DNA of 57,287 nt, taken from contig CAZEON010000001.1 of the NCBI GenBank assembly GCA_964513975.1, forward strand, positions 1 to 57,287, read 5' to 3'. A program made the translations under genes and the position numbers. Every line of letters starts with the position of its first letter. The stretch's first letter is position 1. This document shows positions 35,498-44,901 of the stretch, piece by piece. The stretch comes from an uncultured Candidatus Peribacteria bacterium. Its GTDB lineage: Bacteria; Patescibacteriota; Gracilibacteria; UBA4473. The notes under the pieces are model-generated. The model was not told where the DNA came from. It saw nothing but the letters and a program-made list of their open reading frames with translations, and made no database searches.

Positions 35498-36270
35498 CCA
35501 TCCTCGATACCATTCTCGAACACAAACTCAAGGAGGTCGCGATGCTTCCCAATTTTATGGAACGAGACTTGAATCCGAATCAGAATTCTTTCGTGGAAGT
35601 TCTTTCTCGTCCGACAGAAAGTCAGATTCATATTATTGCAGAAGTGAAACAACAATCGCCTTCCCAGGGAGCTATTCGTTCGGTAGATTCGTCTCAGCGG
35701 GCGCAATTATATGAGCAATCTGGTGCCACGATATTATCGTGTCTGACAGACAAAGAATTTTTTGGAGGGAGTTGTGAAGACCTTCTCTCGGTAGCCGAAG
35801 CGGTATCAATTCCGGTGATTCGGAAGGATTTTATTTTTACAAAAAACCAAATTGCACAGGCCCGATATTTTGGAGCGGCGAGTTTTTTACTCATGATGGA
35901 AGTGATCGAAAAAACAGGCGCGAATCTTTCAGAACTTATCGAATATGGTCGGGATCTGGGCATGGAACCCTTGGTAGAAATCCAGAACGAAGTTTCCCTC
36001 ATGACTGCCGTACAAGCGGGCGCCAAAATTATTGGTGTGAATAGTCGGAACTTCCAAAAGGAAGGATTGCCGATTGAGTTCGAACGATTTGAAAGGTTGT
36101 TACCGCTGATCCCAAATGGGATTATTCGTGTGGCAGAATCAGGAATGCAGACGTCTGAGGACATTGAAACGGTGCGTGGATTGGCCGATGCGGTTCTTCT
36201 CGGAACAGTGCTTATGAAACAAAAAGATCAGGATGTGCCGAAATTTCTTTCATCTCTTATCACTCAATGA
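35494..36270 (+). CDS. trpC: Indole-3-glycerol phosphate synthase
   Basis: ILDTILEHKLKEV, IIAEVKQQSPSQG, IRKDFI and IGVNSRNF. It overlaps trpD in an ATGA arrangement. Confidence 0.9.
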   Translation: MTILDTILEHKLKEVAMLPNFMERDLNPNQNSFVEVLSRPTESQIHIIAEVKQQSPSQGAIRSVDSSQRAQLYEQSGATILSCLTDKEFFGGSCEDLLSVAEAVSIPVIRKDFIFTKNQIAQARYFGAASFLLMMEVIEKTGANLSELIEYGRDLGMEPLVEIQNEVSLMTAVQAGAKIIGVNSRNFQKEGLPIEFERFERLLPLIPNGIIRVAESGMQTSEDIETVRGLADAVLLGTVLMKQKDQDVPKFLSSLITQ

Positions 36271-37529
36271 ACCAAACGAATTACCGACAAACGCTGTTAA
36301 ATAAAACGGGTCGCTTCGGCGACTTTGGGGGATGTTATGTGCCCGAGATGTTGATGCCCGTTATGAAAAACCTGCAAAAATCTTTTTTTAAAGCGAAAGA
36401 AGACGAAAGTTTTTTACAGGATTTAAAAGATTTGTATGAACACTATTCGGGGAGAGCGACGCCACTTTTTTGTGCCAAAAATCTCACAGAGAAACTTGGG
36501 GGAGCGAAGATATATATTAAAAACGAAGGACTGAATCATACTGGTGCTCACAAGATGAACCATTGTTTGGGACAAATTCTCCTTGCGAAACGAATGGGCA
36601 AAACACGTATTATTGCCGAGACAGGAGCGGGGCAACACGGTGTGGCAACGGCAACGGTGTGCGCGAAATTCGGAATGAAATGTTGTATTTATATGGGACG
36701 AAAAGACTACGAACGACAACGGCCGAATGTCTTTTGGATGGAACGATTGGGGGCAGAAGTGGTCCCTGTTGAAGAAGGAGGTCAGAGTCTTCGCGATGCG
36801 GTGAATGCCGGACTTCGTGATTTGCTTCAAAATCCACACGATACGCATTACTTACTCGGAACGGTCTGTGGGCCGCATCCCTATCCAGTGATGAATACGT
36901 TTTTTCAAAAAATAATCAGCGAAGAAATTCGAGATCAAATGACGAACCTGACGGGGAATATTCCCGATGTTGTTATTGCGTGTGTGGGCGGAGGATCAAA
37001 TGCGATGGGATCATTCTTTGATTTTTTCGACGACGCGAATGTTCAGCTTATCGGAGTGGAGGGAGGCGGGAAGGGGATTACCGAAACCCCAAAGGAGTGC
37101 GATCATGCGGCTCGATTTCAAACCGGAAGTGTGGGCGTGGTGGAAGGTATGAAAACGTATTTCCTCCAAGATAATGATGGACAACTGAAAAATACACACA
37201 GCATTTCTGCGGGACTTGATTACAGCGGCGTAGGCCCACAGATTTCATATCTGCAAAACGAAGGACGTATTCAGATGACCTATGCGACGGACGAAAATGT
37301 TCTCGAAGCGTACGATCTATTGGCGCGCACAGAAGGGATTATTGCGGCACTAGAAAGTTGCCATGCGGTGGCAGAAGCAATTCGACTGGCGTCAATGTTG
37401 GATTCTAGCAAATCTATCGTCGTGAACGTAAGTGGGCGAGGAGATAAAGATCTCTTTATCACAGCTCCGAAGTTTGCGAATGATGACTTCAATCAATACC
37501 TCCATTCACACCTTCAACAATATGAATAA
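36267..37529 (+). CDS. trpB: Tryptophan synthase beta chain
   Basis: GRFGDFGGCYVPE, LNHTGAHKMNH (the PLP lysine), AETGAGQHGVATAT and GGGSNAMG. Confidence 0.95.
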   Translation: MNQTNYRQTLLNKTGRFGDFGGCYVPEMLMPVMKNLQKSFFKAKEDESFLQDLKDLYEHYSGRATPLFCAKNLTEKLGGAKIYIKNEGLNHTGAHKMNHCLGQILLAKRMGKTRIIAETGAGQHGVATATVCAKFGMKCCIYMGRKDYERQRPNVFWMERLGAEVVPVEEGGQSLRDAVNAGLRDLLQNPHDTHYLLGTVCGPHPYPVMNTFFQKIISEEIRDQMTNLTGNIPDVVIACVGGGSNAMGSFFDFFDDANVQLIGVEGGGKGITETPKECDHAARFQTGSVGVVEGMKTYFLQDNDGQLKNTHSISAGLDYSGVGPQISYLQNEGRIQMTYATDENVLEAYDLLARTEGIIAALESCHAVAEAIRLASMLDSSKSIVVNVSGRGDKDLFITAPKFANDDFNQYLHSHLQQYE

Positions 37530-38256
37530 ATTAATGACCCATATCGTAGCGGGGTATCCGGATCTCAAAATATCCGAGAAACTCGTGAAATGCATGGACG
37601 GATTGGGAGTTTCTTTTATTGAAATTCAAATTCCTTTTTCAGATCCGGTCACGGATGGAACAACCTTGATGGGGGCGCAAAAAGTGGCGCTTGAAAATAA
37701 CACCACCACTGAGGATATTTTTCAGTTGATGGAACGATTGAAAACAACGGTGAAAACGCAGCTTCTTTTTATGACTTATTTCAATGTGGTGTATGCATAT
37801 GGCGTAGAGGCGTTTTGTAAACGCGCTGGCGAACTGGGTGTCTACGGATTGATTGTGCCCGATATGCCACTGGATGAAGAAGACAGGGAGCATTATGTAT
37901 CGTCATGTACCCGTCATGGACTCCATGCGATTCAGATTGTTTCTCCACAGACCACGGTCGAGCGATTAAAACAGATTGCCACGGTGGCGACGGGGTTTGT
38001 TTACTGTGTAAGTCGAGAAGGCATCACGGGTGAGGGAACGACCTTGAATCCAAATCTTTCCGAATACCTCCGTACCGTGCGCCAGTATATTGATATTCCT
38101 CTTGCTCTTGGGTTTGGGATTAGTACTCGTGAGCATGTGCAGTCAACCTTGAACCATGCAGATATAGCCGTCATCGGATCGGCTGTTGTGAATGTTTACA
38201 ATAAGGAAAAGAAACTCTCGGATGTGGAAGATTTTTTAACAGAAATAGTACGATGA
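37522..38256 (+). CDS. trpA: Tryptophan synthase alpha chain
   Basis: THIVAGYPD, IEIQIPFSDPVTDGTTLM and GFGIS. The ATG at 37522 overlaps the trpB end by 8 nt. Confidence 0.9.
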   Translation: MNKLMTHIVAGYPDLKISEKLVKCMDGLGVSFIEIQIPFSDPVTDGTTLMGAQKVALENNTTTEDIFQLMERLKTTVKTQLLFMTYFNVVYAYGVEAFCKRAGELGVYGLIVPDMPLDEEDREHYVSSCTRHGLHAIQIVSPQTTVERLKQIATVATGFVYCVSREGITGEGTTLNPNLSEYLRTVRQYIDIPLALGFGISTREHVQSTLNHADIAVIGSAVVNVYNKEKKLSDVEDFLTEIVR

Positions 38257-38864
38257 AAACAAAAATCTGCGGAATTCGAAATACAGAAATGGTGGACGCG
38301 TGCGCGGACAAGAATGTCGCGTATGTGGGATTCAATTTCGTTCCCGATTCTCGGCGATGTGTGACACTGGAGTTTCTTCAAAAACTTGAAACAATTCCCA
38401 AGCGTTCCCAGTACGTGGGGGTGTTTCAAAACCAATCACTTGAAGAAGTGCAATTGCTTTCAACAAAATATAATATGGATTGTGTTCAGCTTCACGGACA
38501 AGAATCGCTCGCCTTCATTAAAGGTGTATCACGACCTGTTATAAAGGGGATTTCCTTACAGAAGAAACATGACATTGAGGCGGTAATGAAGTATCTTGGG
38601 CATGTAAAAATTATTCTTTTAGATGGTCCTCTGCCAGGGAAAGGGAAGGCAGCAGAAACAGCATTGCTCGAGAAAGCGGTACAGTGTTGTCGAGAATCTC
38701 ATCAGGCGTACGCGATTGCAGGAGGGATTCAGGCTGACAATGTGGAAGCGCTTCTCCAGCAGTATCCCGATGCGACTTTTTTTGACACCGCATCCGCCAT
38801 CGAAGACGAACACGGTCACTTTTCAAAAGAACAATTTGATTCCTTTCTCAATAAAATATCATGA
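38253..38864 (+). CDS. trpF: N-(5'-phosphoribosyl)anthranilate isomerase
   Basis: MKTKICGIRN...YVGFNFVPDSRR...QLHG...LDG pattern. It overlaps trpA in an ATGA arrangement. Confidence 0.85.
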   Translation: MKTKICGIRNTEMVDACADKNVAYVGFNFVPDSRRCVTLEFLQKLETIPKRSQYVGVFQNQSLEEVQLLSTKYNMDCVQLHGQESLAFIKGVSRPVIKGISLQKKHDIEAVMKYLGHVKIILLDGPLPGKGKAAETALLEKAVQCCRESHQAYAIAGGIQADNVEALLQQYPDATFFDTASAIEDEHGHFSKEQFDSFLNKIS

Positions 38865-39901
38865 CATTTACGACAGTCTCCCCACTTCCAAAGGCTTCTG
38901 ATGTGCTCGCACAATACCCACTTTCTTCAGAAACGAAAAAGCGTATTGCTCAGCATAGACAGGAAATACAGGACATCTTATCAGGAAAAGATAAACGACT
39001 CCTGCTGATCATCGGGCCGTGTAGTGCGTGGCCAGAAGACGCAGTGATTGAGTACGCTCAAAAACTCAAAGCGGCGACCGAATCCTTGAAAGACAAAGTG
39101 AAAGTTGTTTTCCGGGTCTACACACAAAAGCCACGAACCACGTTTGGATGGAAAGGCGCATTGCTCCATCCAGATCCCTTCGGAGAACCGGATGTTCCGG
39201 CTGGTATTGCGTATTGCCGAAAAATGATGCTTCACATTGCAGAAGAAATAGACCTGCCCATTGCGGATGAAGTGTTGTACACAGACCTTTGTCTGCCGTA
39301 CTTGAGTGACTTGTATAGTTACGGATGTATCGGGGCTCGGTCATCAGAATTGCAACGAAAACGAATGGTTGCGTCGGGGATCGATTTTCCAATGGGAATG
39401 AAAAATCCTACGAGTGGTGATCTGACAAAAGCCGTTCAGAGTGTGCTTGTCGCACAAGAGGGGAACGGCCCATTTCCACATCTGGGAGAAGTGGTTGAAA
39501 CGACCGGGAACCCGTACGCGCATCTTGTTTTGCGAGGGGGCGGAGGACGACCCAATTATTACCCGCATGTGCTCGATCTCGCGACGGAAATGATTTTGGC
39601 ACAAAAGATCCAAAACCCATCTATCATCGTTGATGCGAGTCATGAAAATAGTATCAATGGGAATGGGAAGAAAAACACACTCAGCCAACTCGTCGTTGCC
39701 GAAAGTGTGCTCACGTACAGGAAAGAGCATCCTGAGGGAGCGGTGAAAGGAATTATGATGGAGAGCTTTTTGCATCTGGGAAACCAAGATATTCCGGCCG
39801 ATGGGGCGGAGTGCGTCAGTGGAACCTCACTGACTGATGCGTGTTTAGGATGGGAGGAAACCGAAGCTTTTTTGAAAGAAATTACGTCATATCTCTCATG
39901 A
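38861..39901 (+). CDS. aroG: 3-deoxy-D-arabino-heptulosonate-7-phosphate (DAHP) synthase, class I alpha, copy 1 (embedded in the trp operon)
   Basis: RLLLIIGPCSAW, VFRVYTQKPRTTFGWKGAL and VDASHENS. It overlaps its neighbours by 4 nt on both sides. Which isozyme (F/G/H) it is was not determined. Confidence 0.88.
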   Translation: MTFTTVSPLPKASDVLAQYPLSSETKKRIAQHRQEIQDILSGKDKRLLLIIGPCSAWPEDAVIEYAQKLKAATESLKDKVKVVFRVYTQKPRTTFGWKGALLHPDPFGEPDVPAGIAYCRKMMLHIAEEIDLPIADEVLYTDLCLPYLSDLYSYGCIGARSSELQRKRMVASGIDFPMGMKNPTSGDLTKAVQSVLVAQEGNGPFPHLGEVVETTGNPYAHLVLRGGGGRPNYYPHVLDLATEMILAQKIQNPSIIVDASHENSINGNGKKNTLSQLVVAESVLTYRKEHPEGAVKGIMMESFLHLGNQDIPADGAECVSGTSLTDACLGWEETEAFLKEITSYLS

Positions 39902-41217
39902 AAGCCTTTCCACTCTCTTCATTCCCTGGGCTTACCCCACTGTCCCTTTTTGCATCTCTGCGAAAAGCCTACGGGGCGCCAGCGATGTTGCTCGAATCAG
40001 CGGTGCAAGATGAAACCAATCGGATTTCTTTTGTGGCGTGTGATCCTGTACAAAAGGGAGAAGTATCAGACGAGATAGCATCGCATCTTCGTGAAACACT
40101 CACTCGTTGTCACAGCTTTTCGGAAAATCCGTATTTTTCTGGAGGTCTCATGGGGAGTCTTTCGTTCGAGTCTGTTTTTGATTTTTCTTCTAAATATTCA
40201 TCGCAACACACAGAAGATATTCCGCGAACGCTGTTGTATGAGTTTGGATTGGTCTGTGTTTTTGATCACGTGCAGAATCTCATCACCATTCTTCAGCATC
40301 CAAAAAACAAATGTGAAAACATCGAAGAAATTCTTCGTGAGACAGAACTGATTCCCGCGGTACCGCTTGATACACAAACAAAGCGAATACAAGATTCGCC
40401 GGATCAACAATTTCTCGACGGAGTGAAAACCGCGCGCGAGGCTATTTATAACGGAGAAGTGTTCCAGCTGGTGTTGTCTCATGTGTTTGAGGAACCCCTT
40501 CCTCATGGCCGAGAACTGGCGCTCTATAGTGCCTTGAAACAACTCGAACCGACGACCCATCTCATCCTTGCCGATTACGGTGACCACGGAATCTATACCT
40601 GTGCGAGTCCAGAGATTATTGGAAAAAAAGTGGGATCACGATTACTTGTTTCGCCCATAGCTGGAACTCGTCGTCGGAAATTAACGGAGCAAGAAAACAA
40701 AATAACGGAAGCAGAACTTCTTTCTGATCCCAAAGAAAACGCGGAACACGATATGTTGGTGGATTTGGGACGCAATGACTTAGGGCGGATTTCTCTCCCC
40801 AAAACCGTTGAAGTAACCAAGCATAAATACCTTCAGGCGTATGCACACGTGATGCATTTACTCAGCGATATTGAAGCGGAAATAGATCCGCAGTACGATG
40901 CTGTCGATTTTTTACAAAGTATTTTTCCAGCGGGGACGCTGAGCGGGGCTCCGAAATTACGAGCTATCAACCTTATCCAATCATTAGAAAAAAGTTCTCG
41001 AGGACTCTATGGAGGCGCAACGGGAATGATCGCTACCAACGGAGATTTGCAGATGGCCATCAACATCCGAGGTGTGCACATACAAGACGGTCGCGCTAAA
41101 ATACAAGTTGGAGCGGGTATTGTAAAAGACAGCGTTGGGGAGTATGAATGGAAAGAACTGCAGAATAAATCACAAACACTCAGACGCATTCTCACATCTC
41201 TCCCTTCAGATCTATGA
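39898..41217 (+). CDS. trpE: Anthranilate synthase component I
   Basis: Chorismate-binding C-terminus: GTLSGAPKLRA, SRGLYGGATG and GAGIV. The start was trimmed to ATG 39898, which overlaps the upstream TGA. Confidence 0.9.
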   Translation: MKAFPLSSFPGLTPLSLFASLRKAYGAPAMLLESAVQDETNRISFVACDPVQKGEVSDEIASHLRETLTRCHSFSENPYFSGGLMGSLSFESVFDFSSKYSSQHTEDIPRTLLYEFGLVCVFDHVQNLITILQHPKNKCENIEEILRETELIPAVPLDTQTKRIQDSPDQQFLDGVKTAREAIYNGEVFQLVLSHVFEEPLPHGRELALYSALKQLEPTTHLILADYGDHGIYTCASPEIIGKKVGSRLLVSPIAGTRRRKLTEQENKITEAELLSDPKENAEHDMLVDLGRNDLGRISLPKTVEVTKHKYLQAYAHVMHLLSDIEAEIDPQYDAVDFLQSIFPAGTLSGAPKLRAINLIQSLEKSSRGLYGGATGMIATNGDLQMAINIRGVHIQDGRAKIQVGAGIVKDSVGEYEWKELQNKSQTLRRILTSLPSDL

Positions 41218-41789
41218 ACATCTTGATTATCGATAACTACGATTCATTCACCTATAACTTGGTGCAATTCGTTCGTGCATTTGGTGCGGAGGTGATTGTG
41301 AAACTGAATGACGAAGTGACGCTTGATGACATTGAAAAAATGGATATCGAGGGAATAATTCTTTCCCCTGGTCCTGGAACTCCACTGAACGGAGACGATG
41401 TAGGGATTTGTACGGACATCATTAAAAACGTGTCGCTCCCCATCCTTGGCGTGTGTCTCGGGCACCAGCTTATCGGACATCTGCACGGAGGAACGGTCAC
41501 CCACATCGAACCTCAACACGGGCAACCATCGACCATTCACCAGATTGGATCGAGTCCACTTTTTGCAAACCTACCGAACCCATTCGATGCGATGCGGTAC
41601 CATTCGCTTGTGGTTGGGAAAGAAAATTTTCCAGAAGAACTTATTATCACCGCAGAGACGGAAGATGGTATTATTATGGCTGTCGAACACACCAACAAAA
41701 CACTGTACGGCGTACAATTTCATCCCGAATCAATCGGGACTCCGCACGGAAAAGAAATTATCGGTAATTTTTTACGAATCTGCCAATAG
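41214..41789 (+). CDS. trpG: Anthranilate synthase component II (glutamine amidotransferase)
   Basis: ILIIDNYDSFTYNL, GVCLGHQ (catalytic Cys) and VQFHPES. Confidence 0.9.
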   Translation: MNILIIDNYDSFTYNLVQFVRAFGAEVIVKLNDEVTLDDIEKMDIEGIILSPGPGTPLNGDDVGICTDIIKNVSLPILGVCLGHQLIGHLHGGTVTHIEPQHGQPSTIHQIGSSPLFANLPNPFDAMRYHSLVVGKENFPEELIITAETEDGIIMAVEHTNKTLYGVQFHPESIGTPHGKEIIGNFLRICQ

Positions 41790-42911
41790 ATGGGTGATTG
41801 ATTGCTCGCATCCGATGAAACCGGATATGTTTATGCGACCATTCTGAAAGATATATAAGCCATGTTTTTGTACGATTTGTTCGATTGTTTCAGAAGAAAG
41901 GGGAAGGAGTGCAAACAATCCTTCGCCGTCTAATGCTGTAATCCAGGACGAAGGAGCGTCTTCATCGGTTAGTAATTTCTGAAGTATTTTGCGAGTTCGA
42001 GCCAGTTGATTTTGTATTCGATTGATATCTTCTTCCCATTCAGATGCGTAGTTTTTTTGTACCTGTTGCATGATGAGACTTCCCCATCGAGGAGGCATAG
42101 AGATGCTTCCACGCATTGCGGCTTGCATGTAACTTTCCATTGCTTTTGCTTGTGATGCATCAGGGCATTTTATCATCAAAGCTCCGAGACGATGACCGTA
42201 CATTGTCGCGGTTTTGGAGAAACTCACGCCGAGCATTACCTGATCAACGCCTTTCCACATATTTGAAACCCAAGAAGTATCAGCTTTCAAACCAGCTGCT
42301 AATCCTATGTAGGCACCATCCATGTACACCCATATTTTTCGTTTATTTACCATTTGTATGAGTTCGTCCCGTTGTGCTTCATTTAGATTTTTTCCAGTTG
42401 GATTGTGAGCACCGGTGGCTTGGAGAATGAGTACAGAGCCTTCGTCAGCGGATTCAATCGCATTTTTATAAGCGTTCCAATCGATTTCGCATTTTTTGTT
42501 TATATGAGGAAAGGTTGTCTGCGTTCCGTGTTCCAAAAGCACAAAATAATTGTCCCATGTAGGAATAGGTATTAAAAAGGGACCCCAGCCACACCGTTTT
42601 CCGATTTGGTCCATGATCCAACAAGCGTGCGTTCCACCAGCTGTTTGTTGAAGGGCTACACAATCATTCTTCTCGGAAGGAAGGTACAGGTCTCGGACCC
42701 ACTCCAAAAAGGAGCGATCTCCTCCGATAGGCAGATATCCATAATCATCATGTTTCACGTGGGTAGCAGCTTGTTGCACACTTGGCATGACATATCCTTT
42801 TTGGTTTTGTAAAAGGATGCCAATCGCGGCATTTATCTTACTTGGTCGAGGGTCTTCAAGGTATCGACCGTAGATATTAAAAATCGGATCTGGAGGTATT
42901 TGGTCCCACAT
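41772..42911 (-). CDS. Aromatic/aspartate aminotransferase (AspC/TyrB-like, class I)
   Basis: INAAIGIL, GAHNPTG, SFSKTATMYGHRLG (the PLP lysine) and GRINISG. The start was trimmed to ATG 42911. The 3' end overlaps trpG by 18 nt. Confidence 0.8.
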   Translation of the reverse strand: MWDQIPPDPIFNIYGRYLEDPRPSKINAAIGILLQNQKGYVMPSVQQAATHVKHDDYGYLPIGGDRSFLEWVRDLYLPSEKNDCVALQQTAGGTHACWIMDQIGKRCGWGPFLIPIPTWDNYFVLLEHGTQTTFPHINKKCEIDWNAYKNAIESADEGSVLILQATGAHNPTGKNLNEAQRDELIQMVNKRKIWVYMDGAYIGLAAGLKADTSWVSNMWKGVDQVMLGVSFSKTATMYGHRLGALMIKCPDASQAKAMESYMQAAMRGSISMPPRWGSLIMQQVQKNYASEWEEDINRIQNQLARTRKILQKLLTDEDAPSSWITALDGEGLFALLPLSSETIEQIVQKHGLYIFQNGRINISGFIGCEQSITHLLADS

Positions 42912-42962
42912 GATAGAAAAATGGTTGACATTTTTTTGCACTATAAGTAGGGTTCCTTCGAA

Positions 42963-43022
42963 ATGCAAATGACTACTTATGGATTCTTCTTTTATTCTCC
43001 TTGGGCTAGAGCCTGGGCGTAA
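42963..43022 (+). CDS. Putative attenuation leader peptide MQMTTYGFFFYSPWARAWA (7 aromatic residues of 19)
   Basis: ATG CAA ATG ACT ACT TAT GGA TTC TTC TTT TAT TCT CCT TGG GCT AGA GCC TGG GCG TAA, read directly. It lies 39 nt upstream of a terminator hairpin and 81 nt upstream of the DAHP synthase ATG. No clear Shine-Dalgarno sequence precedes it. A possible TTGACA (42925-42930)-17 nt-TAGGGT promoter would make the transcript nearly leaderless. Confidence 0.55.
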   Translation: MQMTTYGFFFYSPWARAWA

Positions 43023-43060
43023 GAAAGGAATCTAATTATTTAGTCACTTCTCTTCATCCC

Positions 43061-43086
43061 ACAGGCTCGCAGAGTCTGTTTTTTTT
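43061..43086 (+). terminator. Attenuator terminator (ACAGGCTC-GCA-GAGTCTGT plus T7)
   Basis: An 8-bp stem with one G-U pair, followed by a T-run, 17 nt before ATG 43103. Its 5' arm (43062-43068) is complementary to GAGCCTG (43009-43015) inside the leader ORF. Confidence 0.65.
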
Positions 43087-43102
43087 ATAGTACCAAAATA
43101 CC

Positions 43103-44155
43103 ATGTCACATATTACTCAACACACACTCCCAACATACGCAGAAGTTTTCACGCGACTGCCACTTTCTCCAGAACTTCAATCAAAGATCGAACAGGATCG
43201 TCTTGAAATAGAAAACATCCTTATGGGGAGGGATCCTCGAAAGTTCATGATTATTGGCCCCTGTAGCAGTTGGCCATCGGAGGAAGTCGTTGAATACGCT
43301 CGTCGTCTTGCGCCTTTGGCAGAGGAATTACAAGATGTAATCAAGATTGTTATGCGAACGTACATCCAAAAACCTCGCACGATTGCAGGTTGGATGGGGC
43401 CGTTAGTTCAGCCAGATCCATTTGCAGAACCACATATTCCGACCGGTATTTTTTACTGTCGAGAAATGATGCTGCAGGTTTTGGAAACAGGACTCCCTAT
43501 TGCTGATGAAATACTCTTTCCTCGGTACCAGAGTTACTTTCGAGATCTTTTAACCTGGGCGGCTATTGGAGCTCGATCGAGTGAAAACCAAGAACATCGT
43601 GTTGTGGCTTCATTGTTGGAGTTTCCTATCGGTGTCAAAAATCCTACGTCAGGAAGTATTCCCATAGGAATCAATTCAGTGTTGGCCTGCCAAACGCCGA
43701 ACTTCATGGCGGTAGGAGAGAATCAGGTAAAAACATCAGGAAATCCTTGTGCGCATCTCGTACTGAGAGGGGGGAATGGCAATCATAATATTGGACAGGA
43801 GCATCTTGAGCAGACAGTGCAATTTTTGCAGGAAAAAGGTGTTCAAAATCCAAGCGTTGTCGTCGATATAAGTCATGATAATACTCGTGATAAAAACGGT
43901 GTGAAGCAATACGAACGACAAACAGAGGTTCTTTGGGAGACACTGAATATCATGTCTCAAAACCCAAAAATAATGTCGACAGTGAAGGGATGGATGGCAG
44001 AAAGCTTTCTTGAAGAGGGAAGTCAAAATCTTGCGAAGTGTTCGCATGATTCTGTTATCCCAGGAAAATCCATCACGGATGGATGTCTCGGGTGGGATAC
44101 TACTCAAGATCTTTTAATAACGCTCGCAAATAAATTAAGAACCACTTCACCATAA
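43103..44155 (+). CDS. aroG: DAHP synthase, class I alpha, copy 2
   Basis: KFMIIGPCSSW, VMRTYIQKPRTIAGWMGPL and VDISHDN. It is a paralog of 38861-39901. Confidence 0.88.
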   Translation: MSHITQHTLPTYAEVFTRLPLSPELQSKIEQDRLEIENILMGRDPRKFMIIGPCSSWPSEEVVEYARRLAPLAEELQDVIKIVMRTYIQKPRTIAGWMGPLVQPDPFAEPHIPTGIFYCREMMLQVLETGLPIADEILFPRYQSYFRDLLTWAAIGARSSENQEHRVVASLLEFPIGVKNPTSGSIPIGINSVLACQTPNFMAVGENQVKTSGNPCAHLVLRGGNGNHNIGQEHLEQTVQFLQEKGVQNPSVVVDISHDNTRDKNGVKQYERQTEVLWETLNIMSQNPKIMSTVKGWMAESFLEEGSQNLAKCSHDSVIPGKSITDGCLGWDTTQDLLITLANKLRTTSP

Positions 44156-44901
44156 AAACGATTGCGACTATCGGCATCATAGGACACGGTCGAATGGGAA
44201 AGTTATTTGAGAAAATGTTCGAACCTTTCTCAGATACAATTTTTGTGCGCATATACGATCGTAATAATTTTCATCCACAAGATCAGTTTGTGGATTTTGA
44301 ATCAGTATGTGATGCGGATCTTATCATTCCGTGTGTTCCCATTCCTGATTTTGAATCGGTTATAAAAAAAATGGTTCCTCATCTTCATGCTGGGCAAACA
44401 ATTCTGCATATTTGTTCTCTGCAGACATACCCCAAGGAAATACTGCGGAAACATGTACCGCCATCAGTACATTTAATTGGGAGTCATCCTATGTTTGGTC
44501 CACAAACACTGGCGGCTTGTGAGAACTCCTTCGAAGGGTTGAATTTTGTGGTGGATCCGATTTTTTGTTCGGATTCCATTTTCAATGAAGTGACGGATTT
44601 CTTGCGAAAACTGCAGTTTAACGTCATTCAGATGAATGCGGAGGAGCACGATGCTCGAGCTGCAAAATTTCATTTTATTTCTCATGTAGTGGCAAATATT
44701 CTCACAAAACTTGAATTAGAACACACACCCATTGATACAAAATCATACGAGTTTCTCTTTAATTTTTTGGATCGTATAGATCCCGACCCAGTGCTCATGC
44801 AAAGCATGTTGCAACACAATCCTTTTGCAAGAATCGAACTAGAACGATTTAACGAAAGTTTTGCCGATATAAAAGATATTCTTTCTCAATTCAAATCATG
44901 A
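44152..44901 (+). CDS. tyrA: Prephenate/arogenate dehydrogenase; a non-canonical ATA start overlapping the upstream TAA stop is inferred
   Basis: The first ATG is at 44194, but the in-frame upstream codons encode KTIATIGIIGHGRMGKLF, the GxGxxG Rossmann motif. No ATG, GTG or TTG lies in frame back to the stop at 44131. HPMFGP is present downstream. Confidence 0.7.
   Translation: MKTIATIGIIGHGRMGKLFEKMFEPFSDTIFVRIYDRNNFHPQDQFVDFESVCDADLIIPCVPIPDFESVIKKMVPHLHAGQTILHICSLQTYPKEILRKHVPPSVHLIGSHPMFGPQTLAACENSFEGLNFVVDPIFCSDSIFNEVTDFLRKLQFNVIQMNAEEHDARAAKFHFISHVVANILTKLELEHTPIDTKSYEFLFNFLDRIDPDPVLMQSMLQHNPFARIELERFNESFADIKDILSQFKS

Noticed and set aside
43704-44107. Minus-strand ORFs inside the second DAHP synthase gene, and similar antisense ORFs throughout the trp/aro genes
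   Set aside because: They are shadow ORFs within genes that have full motif complements on the plus strand.
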